From contig CAVYCR010000005.1 in NCBI GenBank assembly GCA_963767115.1, positions 25,582 to 89,581 on the forward strand: DNA of 64,000 nt. The letters are read 5' to 3'. A program made the translations under genes and the position numbers. Positions 9,809 to 17,791 of this stretch are shown one piece after another; within the stretch, counting starts at the first letter, position 1; every line of letters starts with the position of its first letter. This DNA is from Candidatus Kaiserbacteria bacterium (lineage in GTDB: Bacteria > Patescibacteriota > Minisyncoccia > Phycocordibacterales > UBA2100). The notes below the pieces were generated by a model. It did not search any database. It saw nothing but the letters and a program-made list of their open reading frames with translations, and was not told the DNA's origin.

Positions 9809-10333
9809 TTATTTTTCCAATACATCTCTAAGCACCGTATCAGCTTGCATTCGAGTATCCATCTCTACCGCATTAAGAATCTTCGCATTCGCATAATCAT
9901 TCTCATCGTGCATTTTGAGAAAATCATTCATCTCTTCATCGGCGATCAAGGGCTTCCCGAGCCGCACACTGCGCTCCGCCGTGCGCTCTCGCAATACTTC
10001 CGTAGGCGCATCGAGCCGATAGGCAAGGAATCGCGCAACGTGTTGCTTCGCGATTTCTTCGAGCTTTTCAACCTCGCTTCTGCTCATCGACTGCTCGATG
10101 ATCACGTTGATGCCGTTCTTGAGATATTCCACTGCCATTGCATTGATGACTGCCCTGCTCACCGTTTGATGCGCCGGGATCTCCCTGAATTGCGAGATGA
10201 AACGCTTGATATGATCGACGCCGATATGTGCGGTATATGCAAGCTCGTCGTGCAGTACATCAGCCAGCGTCGTCTTGCCCACTCCCGGCGGCCCGAAGAT
10301 AACGATCAAGGTTAATTTGTTAGGCTTTTGCAT
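9809..10333 (-). CDS. P-loop kinase / AAA_33-type ATPase
   Basis: 174 aa with Walker A GPPGVGKTT at the N-terminus. Size and layout resemble small nucleotide or antibiotic kinases. Confidence 0.7.
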   Translation of the reverse strand: MQKPNKLTLIVIFGPPGVGKTTLADVLHDELAYTAHIGVDHIKRFISQFREIPAHQTVSRAVINAMAVEYLKNGINVIIEQSMSRSEVEKLEEIAKQHVARFLAYRLDAPTEVLRERTAERSVRLGKPLIADEEMNDFLKMHDENDYANAKILNAVEMDTRMQADTVLRDVLEK

Positions 10334-10369
10334 GTGGTGAGCGAGCAGTCATGAAGCAATGCCTCAACC

Positions 10370-10879
10370 TTACTTCTTCTTCCGACGAGCAGCCTGCGCT
10401 TTCTTGATGTTGGCGGCTTCGGCGCGGCGCATGGCGAGGGTCGGCTTCGCGCTCTCGGGAATGTTCTTGCGCGGATGCGCGCGGAAGATGTCGCCCTTCA
10501 CATGCACGATCCTTCCGCTGATCTGTCTGAGGACGCTCTGCGCTTTTACTTCAGTGATCTTCAAATGGCCGTTGACGACCTTCGCGCCACCTTTACTCAC
10601 AAGCCACGTCACCGTGTCCCAGCTTCCGCTCGAGCGCTTGCCCGCGAGCCGCTCGAGGCCGCCCTTCTCTCCGACATCCTGATTGCGGAAGGTCACAAAC
10701 TCCGACTTGGGACGTATTTCGATGCGGTAGAAATTGCCCTTGCCGGTCGTGCCGGGCTTCGCACGCTTGCGGCCTTCGGGCTGCGCGAGGCTGTGCTGCC
10801 GTTTGCTCATACCCTTCCACACAGCTTGCGCCTTCTTGATATTTTTCTTGGCGGCGAGCGTCTGCTTCTTGTTTGCCAT
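10370..10879 (-). CDS. hypothetical highly basic protein
   Basis: 169 aa with Lys/Arg-rich termini. Both termini contain NIKKAQA (AAKKNIKKAQAVW and AEAANIKKAQAARRKKK), flanking a beta-rich core (KGNFYRIEIRPKSEF...). Confidence 0.55.
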   Translation of the reverse strand: MANKKQTLAAKKNIKKAQAVWKGMSKRQHSLAQPEGRKRAKPGTTGKGNFYRIEIRPKSEFVTFRNQDVGEKGGLERLAGKRSSGSWDTVTWLVSKGGAKVVNGHLKITEVKAQSVLRQISGRIVHVKGDIFRAHPRKNIPESAKPTLAMRRAEAANIKKAQAARRKKK

Positions 10880-10972
10880 AAGTATTGGGCGTTATAAATA
10901 TAATTTAATAATACGAGTAATCATTTCATGTACAATACTCAAGATAAAGTATACGAGGTCAAAAATCAGGCC

Positions 10973-11350
10973 CTATTTGTAGATCTTTTTGAAGCTCTCT
11001 CTTGTTATAAGAAAACCCAAACCAAAGATCTTTAAGAAGTTATCTGTGATGACCGCAATTACAACATTGGGATTTGCAAAATTCCACCAACCAGCTCCAT
11101 AAAATACGACGAGAATTATATCGAATATAACAATCATTCCTATAAAAATAAGAATCCAATTAGACCACCGTTCCCTTCTGTCGAGGATACCCCTATTCTC
11201 TTTTTCTACCATCGACTCCTCCTTCGCACTACCCTCTTTCAATACCTGATACCATTCGGTTGTACTACTAACTACAGAATCGTCTCCCGCATTTTCAGCA
11301 TCCAACTTCGATATGACATCCGCTGGTTTAACGTCAACGGAATCTGCCAT
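10973..11350 (-). CDS. hypothetical 2-TM membrane protein downstream of ImmA-like peptidase
   Basis: 125 aa with an acidic N-terminus and then two TM helices (WILIFIGMIVIFDIILVVFYG, VVIAVITDNFLKIFGLGFLI). It lies 3 nt after the ImmA-like gene in a visibly AT-richer islet. Confidence 0.55.
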   Translation of the reverse strand: MADSVDVKPADVISKLDAENAGDDSVVSSTTEWYQVLKEGSAKEESMVEKENRGILDRRERWSNWILIFIGMIVIFDIILVVFYGAGWWNFANPNVVIAVITDNFLKIFGLGFLITRESFKKIYK

Positions 11351-11353
11351 ATC

Positions 11354-11839
11354 TTATTTTAGATATTCCAATGTATGCTGCATTGAGGACATGGGCACAC
11401 CGAATATTTCAGCCATGACTTTGTAGTCGGATCGAGAAAGGTTGTACTTATTCAGATATTCTTTAACCATGAAATCGGGCATGAGCAAGTGGGCAGCAAA
11501 ACTATTAGCCTGTTGTTCCTCATCACTGTATTCGGCATCGTCTTTAGGGACTCGAAACAGTACACTGTAATTCGGGTGCTCTAGAAAGATGTGCCCTAAT
11601 TCGTGCGCAATGGTGAATAGCTTCCTCCGAGGAGTGTCATCTATGGCCACATAGACGATCTTTTTAGATTGGTCATGAAAGCCGGCTACCCCGTCATATC
11701 CCGAAGGCATTTTAATCTCTTTTATTTCGTAGCCCTCTCCTTCCGCTATTTTTCTTACATCGACCACCGGCTCAGTGATATTGTAGGCCTCAAGGACTCT
11801 TAATGCCTTGTCTGCAATTTTGTTGTGATCAGCAGTCAT
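11354..11839 (-). CDS. ImmA/IrrE family metallo-endopeptidase
   Basis: 161 aa with the HEXXH motif in FTIAHELGHIFLEH and a typical DUF955/ImmA layout. Confidence 0.8.
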   Translation of the reverse strand: MTADHNKIADKALRVLEAYNITEPVVDVRKIAEGEGYEIKEIKMPSGYDGVAGFHDQSKKIVYVAIDDTPRRKLFTIAHELGHIFLEHPNYSVLFRVPKDDAEYSDEEQQANSFAAHLLMPDFMVKEYLNKYNLSRSDYKVMAEIFGVPMSSMQHTLEYLK

Positions 11840-12015
11840 ATATCACAATAATCCTAGATATACCCTTAAGCTACCATGAACGGATTCGGTCTCAAAACCA
11901 TTCTATGGGGAAACCTAATTTTGATATATCCTCTCTATTAGTTTACTACTGTCTCATTACCATTAACTATTCCAACTTTTCTAATATACATACAAAGCTC
12001 AAAGAATGTGCATCG

Positions 12016-12669
12016 CTACGGCGCAAGCGTCGCATAGACGACCAAGCGATGGTCATAGGTGGAACCGTCGGGGGTGAGATCGCCGGCACACGTAATGAGG
12101 TTGAGATAGTGTCCGTCCTTTTTCGCGAAGATCGTCTGCAGCGGCACGTCGGCAAGCGCGTACGTCTCGACATCAGTCACCAAGAAATGCAAATCTCTGC
12201 CGTCGGTACCGACGACATAGATACTATCCCCCACTGAGACCATATGTAGGCTCGCGAAAGCTGCGAAGACATGCGCATCGATCACGGCACTTCCTCGTGC
12301 ACCCGGCACCGTGCCGTACTTGTACCACCCCACATTGTCGCTCGTGCCGCTCGGTACGGCCATCGCACCAATTGCATTGGTACCGACACCTATGATCGAT
12401 GAGTCGAACATGATCGAAGGAATGACCAAATGCACTCTCCCATCGCTCGTGGGCATGATGCTCTTCGGCGCACTTGCGCCTGGTGTCGTGGTGGCCGCAT
12501 TTACTACAGCTACATCAGCGGGTGGAGGTATAGAAAGCGCCGGGCCGAGATAGATCGGTAACGGCGTGATAAGTGTAGCGGCATCAAGTGTGTATGACCC
12601 AATCGAGAGCGATAAGAATGTCAGCGCCGAGCAAAAGACCAACACCAAAGATGTTTTCTCTATGAACAC
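12016..12669 (-). CDS. sortase (class E/F-like transpeptidase)
   Basis: N-terminal TM, catalytic His (SAVIDAHV), the LITCAG Cys motif and a downstream Arg (YDHRLVVYA). Confidence 0.85.
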   Translation of the reverse strand: MFIEKTSLVLVFCSALTFLSLSIGSYTLDAATLITPLPIYLGPALSIPPPADVAVVNAATTTPGASAPKSIMPTSDGRVHLVIPSIMFDSSIIGVGTNAIGAMAVPSGTSDNVGWYKYGTVPGARGSAVIDAHVFAAFASLHMVSVGDSIYVVGTDGRDLHFLVTDVETYALADVPLQTIFAKKDGHYLNLITCAGDLTPDGSTYDHRLVVYATLAP

Positions 12670-12755
12670 TCTCCAAGTATAAGTGACTTCATTTGATTAA
12701 TCAAAATTTCATGATGTGATCATTCATATATTGACATGTCTTCTTGGTATCAGAA

Positions 12756-13319
12756 TTAATATTTGCGCACGACAGCAGTGACGACCGCCTCTACTCTGAA
12801 AGATTCGCGCGGATAGATCGGCTTGTATTTGGGGTTGCCCGGCTCGAGGAAGAAGTCGACGCCGCGCTTGCGCAGGTACTTCATCGTGTAGTCGCCGTCG
12901 ATCATAGCGATCACGATCTGCCCCGGCTTGTAGGTCGCCCTGCGCTCGACCACGACCATGTCGCCCGGCTGTATTCCCGCGTCGATCATCGAATCGCCTT
13001 TGACCTTGAGGATGTAGGTCGACTCTTTGTTGGGCACGAGGTATTCGTCGAAATCCATCACGTCGAGCACCTCCTCTTCTGCTACTGAGGGCAAACCGGC
13101 CTCGACGTAGCCGAGAAGCGGCGTACCTGCTGAGAGTCGTTTGGGTACAAGTCGACCACTCCTGTCCTTATCGACGATTCCCGCTTCGACGAGCTTCTCC
13201 ACGAAATAATGCACCGCGCTCTTGCTCCGGTAGCCGGTGATCTCCATGATCTCGCGGTACGAGGGCATGCGGTGGTGCTTCTTATAAAAAGACAGGATTT
13301 TGCTTTGTCGTAAGTCCAT
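12756..13319 (-). CDS. lexA: LexA repressor (S24 peptidase)
   Basis: 187 aa with an N-terminal wHTH, the cleavage/catalytic region KVKGDSMIDAGI and a Lys in DYTMKYL. Confidence 0.9.
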   Translation of the reverse strand: MDLRQSKILSFYKKHHRMPSYREIMEITGYRSKSAVHYFVEKLVEAGIVDKDRSGRLVPKRLSAGTPLLGYVEAGLPSVAEEEVLDVMDFDEYLVPNKESTYILKVKGDSMIDAGIQPGDMVVVERRATYKPGQIVIAMIDGDYTMKYLRKRGVDFFLEPGNPKYKPIYPRESFRVEAVVTAVVRKY

Positions 13320-13331
13320 GGCAGAATAGTA

Positions 13332-13349
13332 TTAGAACGATCGTTCTAA
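13332..13349. promoter_or_regulatory. SOS (Cheo-type) box upstream of lexA
   Basis: Perfect palindrome TTAGAACGATCGTTCTAA containing GAAC-N4-GTTC, 13 nt upstream of the lexA start codon. Confidence 0.7.
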
Positions 13350-13401
13350 GTCAATTCCGGGCCTGTGGAAAAGCTCTTTTTGAGTTCGCGAAGGCTCTCA
13401 T

Positions 13402-13442
13402 AGGACAGTCCTCATTGAGCGTATCTCAATGAGGACTGTCCT
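13402..13442. other. 18-bp perfect stem-loop between lexA region and upstream gene
   Basis: AGGACAGTCCTCATTGAG (13402-13419) / CTCAATGAGGACTGTCCT (13425-13442) with a 5-nt loop. It is probably a terminator for 13462..13977, although no clear U-tract is present. Confidence 0.4.
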
Positions 13443-13461
13443 TTATACTATTGAATATGAA

Positions 13462-13977
13462 TCACATCCTCCTACTATCGTATGCCCACTGCAGGAGCGC
13501 TTGGCGCTGGCGGGTGTGGCAGGAGAAGTCGCCCGCTTCGCAGCTGTGCTTGATCTGCGCGATGTGGCGCACCATGGCTCTCCAGCGCTTGATCTGTCGT
13601 GTGTCCTCAGCGGGAATCCTTCGTCCCATATAGTAGCGGCAATACCATTGGAACCATCCACGCGGATCATCATGGTAGATCCAGCCTTTTTCCCGCCACA
13701 CGGAGAGCGGCTGGCTTGCGCTCACTTTGAAGAAGTTGAGCGATTTGTCATGGCCTTGCGGAGAGAGCTTCGCATGCGCAAACCAGCCTCTTGGAAACTC
13801 ATCTGCACAGTCCGTCATATATTTGCCGCCAAAGACGCCTAGATGCAGCATTTCTTGCGGCGTGAGGTCGGGCTTGAATGCAGGGTCAAACTGCTTCCCT
13901 ATCGGTGCCACGCATGCATAGCTGTAGCCGCGCTGCATTTTGTCCTTCACCGTAACGACGCGGGCCCTCATTTGCAA
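13462..13977 (-). CDS. conserved hypothetical protein
   Basis: 171-aa ORF with strongly conserved-looking blocks (LGVFGGKYMTDC, DPRGWFQWYCRYYMGRR, RQIKRWRA). I cannot name the family. Confidence 0.65.
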   Translation of the reverse strand: MQMRARVVTVKDKMQRGYSYACVAPIGKQFDPAFKPDLTPQEMLHLGVFGGKYMTDCADEFPRGWFAHAKLSPQGHDKSLNFFKVSASQPLSVWREKGWIYHDDPRGWFQWYCRYYMGRRIPAEDTRQIKRWRAMVRHIAQIKHSCEAGDFSCHTRQRQALLQWAYDSRRM

Positions 13978-13985
13978 AATATAGC

Positions 13986-14315
13986 ATGCATGATTTACTG
14001 GCTACAGAAAGCAGACACTCGGAGAGGCGTATGCTCATGTTGACCTACGGAGTGCCCATATTAATATTCTTGATATGGTGCGGGAGAGAGTCGCAAGAGC
14101 GGCTTATCATCAGCGAGGCAATTGCGATAGTGAAGATGTACTTCTTGTTTCAGCAATTCAATTGGACGATAAACGTCCCGTTTGCAATTACTTTTGCAAG
14201 TTCCGGATTTGTTTGCGTGCTAGCAATTGTTGCAGGACAAGCCTTTTATAATATTTCAGAGTTTTTTGCCTCATCACGCCAGACAACAGAGAAAAAACTC
14301 TGCCCTCGGAAATGA
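13986..14315 (+). CDS. hypothetical membrane protein
   Basis: 109-aa ORF with 2-3 hydrophobic segments, followed immediately by a good terminator. Confidence 0.4.
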   Translation: MHDLLATESRHSERRMLMLTYGVPILIFLIWCGRESQERLIISEAIAIVKMYFLFQQFNWTINVPFAITFASSGFVCVLAIVAGQAFYNISEFFASSRQTTEKKLCPRK

Positions 14316-14340
14316 AGCCCGGTATCAACCGGGCTTTTCT
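14315..14340 (+). terminator. Rho-independent terminator
   Basis: AAGCCCGG-TATCAA-CCGGGCTT followed by TTCT. Confidence 0.6.
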
Positions 14341-14350
14341 ATTAATTATC

Positions 14351-14380
14351 AGAAAGAGGCCGCGTGAGCGGCCTCTTTCT
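14351..14380 (-). terminator. 13-bp stem terminator-like hairpin after the DUF5666-like gene
   Basis: AGAAAGAGGCCGC-GTGA-GCGGCCTCTTTCT. Confidence 0.5.
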
Positions 14381-14406
14381 CGTTCGTAATACTTCCCAGA
14401 AAAGAA

Positions 14407-15163
14407 TTAGAAGAACCCGAACATCTTGTGGAAGAATCCACCGATCGCGCCGAAGACACCCGGTGCTTGGTGCGGCATACTCGTCCCTGCAGCAGGAGTG
14501 CTCGAAGCACCCTGATCAATGACTGAAGAGGCTGTCACGGTAGTGCCGTTGACAGTACCTTGCACGATCACTTTGTCGCCTGTCGCAAGCGATGAGATTG
14601 AAGAGGTCGCGTTGTCTTTGAAGACGGTCGCAGCAGAAGCGTCGACTGAGTACGTCACATTGCTCGCGTTGGTAAGAGTGATGGTCGAGCCGCTGAGCGC
14701 GGAGATCGTGCCGCCAACGACCGGTTCACCGTTGCCTTGTATGGCCTGCGGCGATTGCATCGGCGCACCACCTCCCTTACCCATGTGATTCATCATCATG
14801 CCGTCGTTGATCTTGGTAGCGGTGACGGAAGTGCCGTTCACCGTACCCTGCACCATCACCATATCGCCGACTGCGATCGCCGAGAGCGTCGAGGTCGCAT
14901 GATCTTTCATCACGGTCGCGTTGGTCGCATCGACCGTATAGATGGTCGATGTCGCGCTCTTCTTGAAGCTTTTGCTGCGTAACGTCGATAGACGTGCCGC
15001 TGATCGCGGAGACCGTACCGAAAACTCCCGGTTGCATATGCGCGCCCCTACCCCACATATCGGTCTGCGCCGCCGAAGCGACACTGCCGACAAGAAGTAC
15101 CGCCGCCACAGCGGAGCCTCCCATGACCCTCGTAAATATTGATGAATTCATATCTTTCTTCAT
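14407..15163 (-). pseudogene. secreted protein with two DUF5666-like repeats, one frameshift near 14970
   Basis: The signal peptide and first repeat start lie in frame 14777..15163 (...GVFGTVSAISGTSIDVTQQ). The remainder is in frame 14407..15093 (KSFKKSATSTIYTVDATNATVMKD...VQGTVNGTSVTA, repeated). The shift falls in an A4/T4 run, so it could be a sequencing error. Confidence 0.7.
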
Positions 15164-15295
15164 GATTAATCCACTAACCAGTAATTCCCCTATCTCTTTT
15201 ACAAGACGTGGGGATGTAGTATTTCAAATGAATTTAACGCACTTGTCGCTACAAGATTATTTCGGCCGCATGGAATGACGTTAGAACTTTTTTCA

Positions 15296-15445
15296 TACAA
15301 AAACCCTCGCTGCGATAGCGAGGGCTGGTGAAATGTCGTCACACTAGGGCCACCAACCCAAGTGCACAGCAAGCGTCTGTTGCGATTACTAAGCTTGCCA
15401 CGAGCTTTCTTGATCGCCTGACCTGATATGTTGAATCAGGTGCTC
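15296..15445 (-). ncRNA. candidate structured small RNA or leader (about 150 nt), family unknown
   Basis: No ORF. It is bounded by a promoter-like site (15452-15480) and a canonical terminator CCCTCGCT-N5-AGCGAGGG+TTTTTGT (15295-15323). Internal hairpins include ACCTGAT/ATCAGGT, GCAAGC/GCTTGC and GGGTTGGTG/CACCAGCCC. Confidence 0.4.
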
Positions 15446-15451
15446 CATGGA

Positions 15452-15480
15452 GTTTTTATCATGCTAATAACCACTCGTCA
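15452..15480 (-). promoter_or_regulatory. sigma70-like promoter for the sRNA candidate
   Basis: Minus strand TTGACG (15480-15475), a 17-nt spacer, then TG-A-TAAAAA (extended -10, 15457-15452). Confidence 0.4.
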
Positions 15481-15516
15481 AGTTTGCTGGCAGCATGGGA
15501 CGATGTTGGAAGCTTT

Positions 15517-15927
15517 CTAATATCTGGCTGGAGTCAATATGTTTAGCTGATCTTTAGTCAATTCGACTTGTTGAGGCGTATAGATTTGGTAAAAACCAAC
15601 ACCTATAGCTACTAAAATAGCGATAACTGCAACAAAGATAGCTATGATGCTGGCAAATCTTGCCTCTTGGAGAGCCTGATGCTGCAATAGTTTAAATCTA
15701 GCTTCAAAGGACAGGATTAATATTTCGTTACCCGAATCGCCATTTCCTGGAATACGATATGTTCCTGTCTGCGTAACAATATCTGCACCTCGTATCTCCC
15801 TGTAAAGGAATCTCTCTTGCAGCTCTGTTAATTTTAAGTCCTTCTTCAATTCGTTAAATGTAAAGCCGTCATCCCTATTTGCTGCACCATATTTTAATAT
15901 TTTTATGTGTAGGTCTTCGCGTTTCAT
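15517..15927 (-). CDS. hypothetical protein with C-terminal TM helix
   Basis: 136-aa ORF in AT-rich DNA with a TM segment (SIIAIFVAVIAILVAIGVGFY). Confidence 0.5.
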   Translation of the reverse strand: MKREDLHIKILKYGAANRDDGFTFNELKKDLKLTELQERFLYREIRGADIVTQTGTYRIPGNGDSGNEILILSFEARFKLLQHQALQEARFASIIAIFVAVIAILVAIGVGFYQIYTPQQVELTKDQLNILTPARY

Positions 15928-15960
15928 AAATTAGCTGGGGGTTCTGGATAATGTTGGAAA

Positions 15961-16251
15961 CTATTTAGATATTTGGGGTTGTACTTTACTCGTCCAAAGA
16001 TGTTCGAATTCCTCTTCGGGTATTTCATAAAGTACAAATTCAGATTGTTTCTGGATTTCAGAATTGGGTGGAACTGGTTCCGTACCCAACATCGTAGAAC
16101 CACTTGATTCAGTCTTTGAGGCAAAGTCACAGTGTCCGTCTTTATACTGCTCTATCTTGCGCGTTTCCCAACGCTCCTCATCTAATTCGCTATAGAGCAA
16201 GATAGGTTCGCCTGGATGATTGTGATGCCATTCTATTTTTATATAGGTCAT
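15961..16251 (-). CDS. hypothetical small protein (immunity-protein-like, DUF6881-like?)
   Basis: 96 aa (MTYIKIEWHHNHPGEPILLYSELDEERWETRKIEQYKDG...). Its start overlaps the upstream ORF stop (ATGA). The family recall is uncertain. Confidence 0.55.
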   Translation of the reverse strand: MTYIKIEWHHNHPGEPILLYSELDEERWETRKIEQYKDGHCDFASKTESSGSTMLGTEPVPPNSEIQKQSEFVLYEIPEEEFEHLWTSKVQPQISK

Positions 16252-16448
16252 GCTTTATTCGTTTGCTGGCCTCTTAGGTCTGGTGCCCCAGCGGTGAGAC
16301 CCCACAAGGGTTTGCGATCGTTGTCGAGCCAGTTGTAGTTCCAGTTCCACGAGCCGTCGTCGTTCCGATTGAGGTACAGGAAGTACCGGTTGCCGTCCGA
16401 GTTGCGCAGAAACGTACATCGCGCCGTCCGTATCATTATCACCGCCAT
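16248..16448 (-). CDS. short paralog of the C-terminal domain of the 16716..17378 protein
   Basis: FLRNSDGNRYFLYLNRNDDGSWNWNYNWLDNDR compares with VLRNSDGRRVFLYLYRFGDGSWSWDCDWLDSDR. About 100 nt align at the DNA level. It is translationally coupled to the next gene, and may be either a fragment or a domain-only protein. Confidence 0.45.
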   Translation of the reverse strand: MAVIMIRTARCTFLRNSDGNRYFLYLNRNDDGSWNWNYNWLDNDRKPLWGLTAGAPDLRGQQTNKA

Positions 16449-16644
16449 TGAATACTCTCCGGCTGAATCGAATTCGCGATCTGTAATCGCCTAGCACGAT
16501 GTACCAAGCATCTTAATTTTTTTGATCTTCACGGCTCACGCTGTTGCAAATCGTAATCGGCAACATTCTGGATCCGTGCCAAACCGGCCTCGGCAGCGGG
16601 AAACCGTGATCGCCCGCATATTCGCCTAGCGCCATACGTATCAT

Positions 16645-16682
16645 ATCAAAAGCAATCGGCCTCCGTGCAAGCACGGAGGCCG
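16645..16682 (-). terminator. Rho-independent terminator after 16716..17378
   Basis: CGGCCTCCGTG-CAAG-CACGGAGGCCG. On the minus strand it is followed by ATTGCTTTTGAT. Confidence 0.55.
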
Positions 16683-16715
16683 AAGAGCAAAGCGCACAGT
16701 GCGCAAGGGCAAGCG

Positions 16716-17378
16716 CTATGCGGCCGAGGCCACAGGGCTGCTTGCGAGGAGCGGCGAGACGTCGTCGCGGACGCGGCGGCGATCGCTGTCGAGCCAGTCG
16801 CAGTCCCAGCTCCACGAGCCGTCGCCGAACCGATAGAGGTACAGGAAGACCCGGCGGCCGTCCGAGTTGCGCAGAACGGTTCCGCCGAGCTCGAACCACG
16901 AAACATTGAAATGGTCGTGGATGAAGCGGAGCGTCGCCTGTCCGGGCTCTTCGAAGAGCGCCTGGCCGATCTTGGCGTCGAGACGGATCTCGGGCATCGC
17001 CTTCAGCCGTTCGAGTTTCACCTCGCCGGTAATGGTGTCTTCGCCTTCCTGGTGGCCGCTTTCGAAGCGGACACCGGAGAAGTCGATGTCGGTCAGCGCG
17101 AGCGAACGCTCGTCCTGCTCGACGATCTCCCAACCGCGCCCGATGAACTTCACCGGGTCGAAGGGCTTCGAGCGATCGACGACGAGTGCGCTCGGGCCTT
17201 TGATGATGAAGCGGCAGCCGTTATTCACGAACGCCGTGAATCGGCGACCGAGTTCATCACGCGGAAGGCTTATGACCTCCGTTTGGAGTTTATCGCCGTC
17301 GACGGAATCCCAATTCGTATCGACGCCGAACCGGCCAGCCAGTTCAAGTGCTTGGCCGCGAGTCACGATCTTAGCCAT
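16716..17378 (-). CDS. hypothetical protein, unknown family
   Basis: The start is set at MAKIVTRGQ, which has a GGAGG 5 nt upstream. 220 aa. The overlapping 16513..17133 ORF is a GC-rich alternative frame. Confidence 0.65.
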   Translation of the reverse strand: MAKIVTRGQALELAGRFGVDTNWDSVDGDKLQTEVISLPRDELGRRFTAFVNNGCRFIIKGPSALVVDRSKPFDPVKFIGRGWEIVEQDERSLALTDIDFSGVRFESGHQEGEDTITGEVKLERLKAMPEIRLDAKIGQALFEEPGQATLRFIHDHFNVSWFELGGTVLRNSDGRRVFLYLYRFGDGSWSWDCDWLDSDRRRVRDDVSPLLASSPVASAA

Positions 17379-17548
17379 ACTGTCCTCCATGCGCTGCACC
17401 GCTTTGAGCGGCTGGACGCGAGTCAATGAGCTGTCTCCGAAGCGACATTCGTCGTCGTTTCGTCAGCTAAGCGGGATTATACTATTCTAATACTACTATG
17501 TCAATCGCGTCCGAAAACGCTCAAATGAAGTGAGAGAAACTGTTTCTC

Positions 17549-17791
17549 TCATATCAAGCGCAGCTTCTGCTGCCGGGTCAACCGCTTGATCTCGGCTTCG
17601 CGCCTGAGCGCCGATGATTTGTCTTGAAATTCTTGCGTGTACACGATCCGCATGACAGCTCTCGAGCGCGTATAATGTCCGCCCTTGCCGTCTTGGTGCT
17701 CTTTGAAGCGCCGCTTCACATCGGTCGTATATCCTGTATAGAGAGAACCGTCAGCGCACTCGAGTATGTAGACGTAGTGCACTTGGTTCAA
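17549..17791 (-). CDS. GIY-YIG nuclease family protein (UPF0213-like)
   Basis: 80 aa: YVYILECADGSLYTGYTTDVKRRFKEH...REAEIKRL. Confidence 0.85.
   Translation of the reverse strand: MNQVHYVYILECADGSLYTGYTTDVKRRFKEHQDGKGGHYTRSRAVMRIVYTQEFQDKSSALRREAEIKRLTRQQKLRLI

Noticed and set aside
15296-15445. Possibility that the sRNA candidate is SRP (4.5S) RNA, because it contains CAGGTCAGG
   Set aside because: The rest of SRP domain IV is not present. That would be a GNRA tetraloop closed by UCC/GGA and the AGCA asymmetric loop. The hairpins differ from the SRP fold.
16513-17133. 206-aa minus-strand ORF rich in Arg/Pro/Ala overlapping the 16716..17378 gene
   Set aside because: It is an alternative frame of GC-rich coding DNA with low-complexity R/P/A composition. 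The other frame has a GGAGG-ATG start and a conserved-looking sequence with a paralogous domain.
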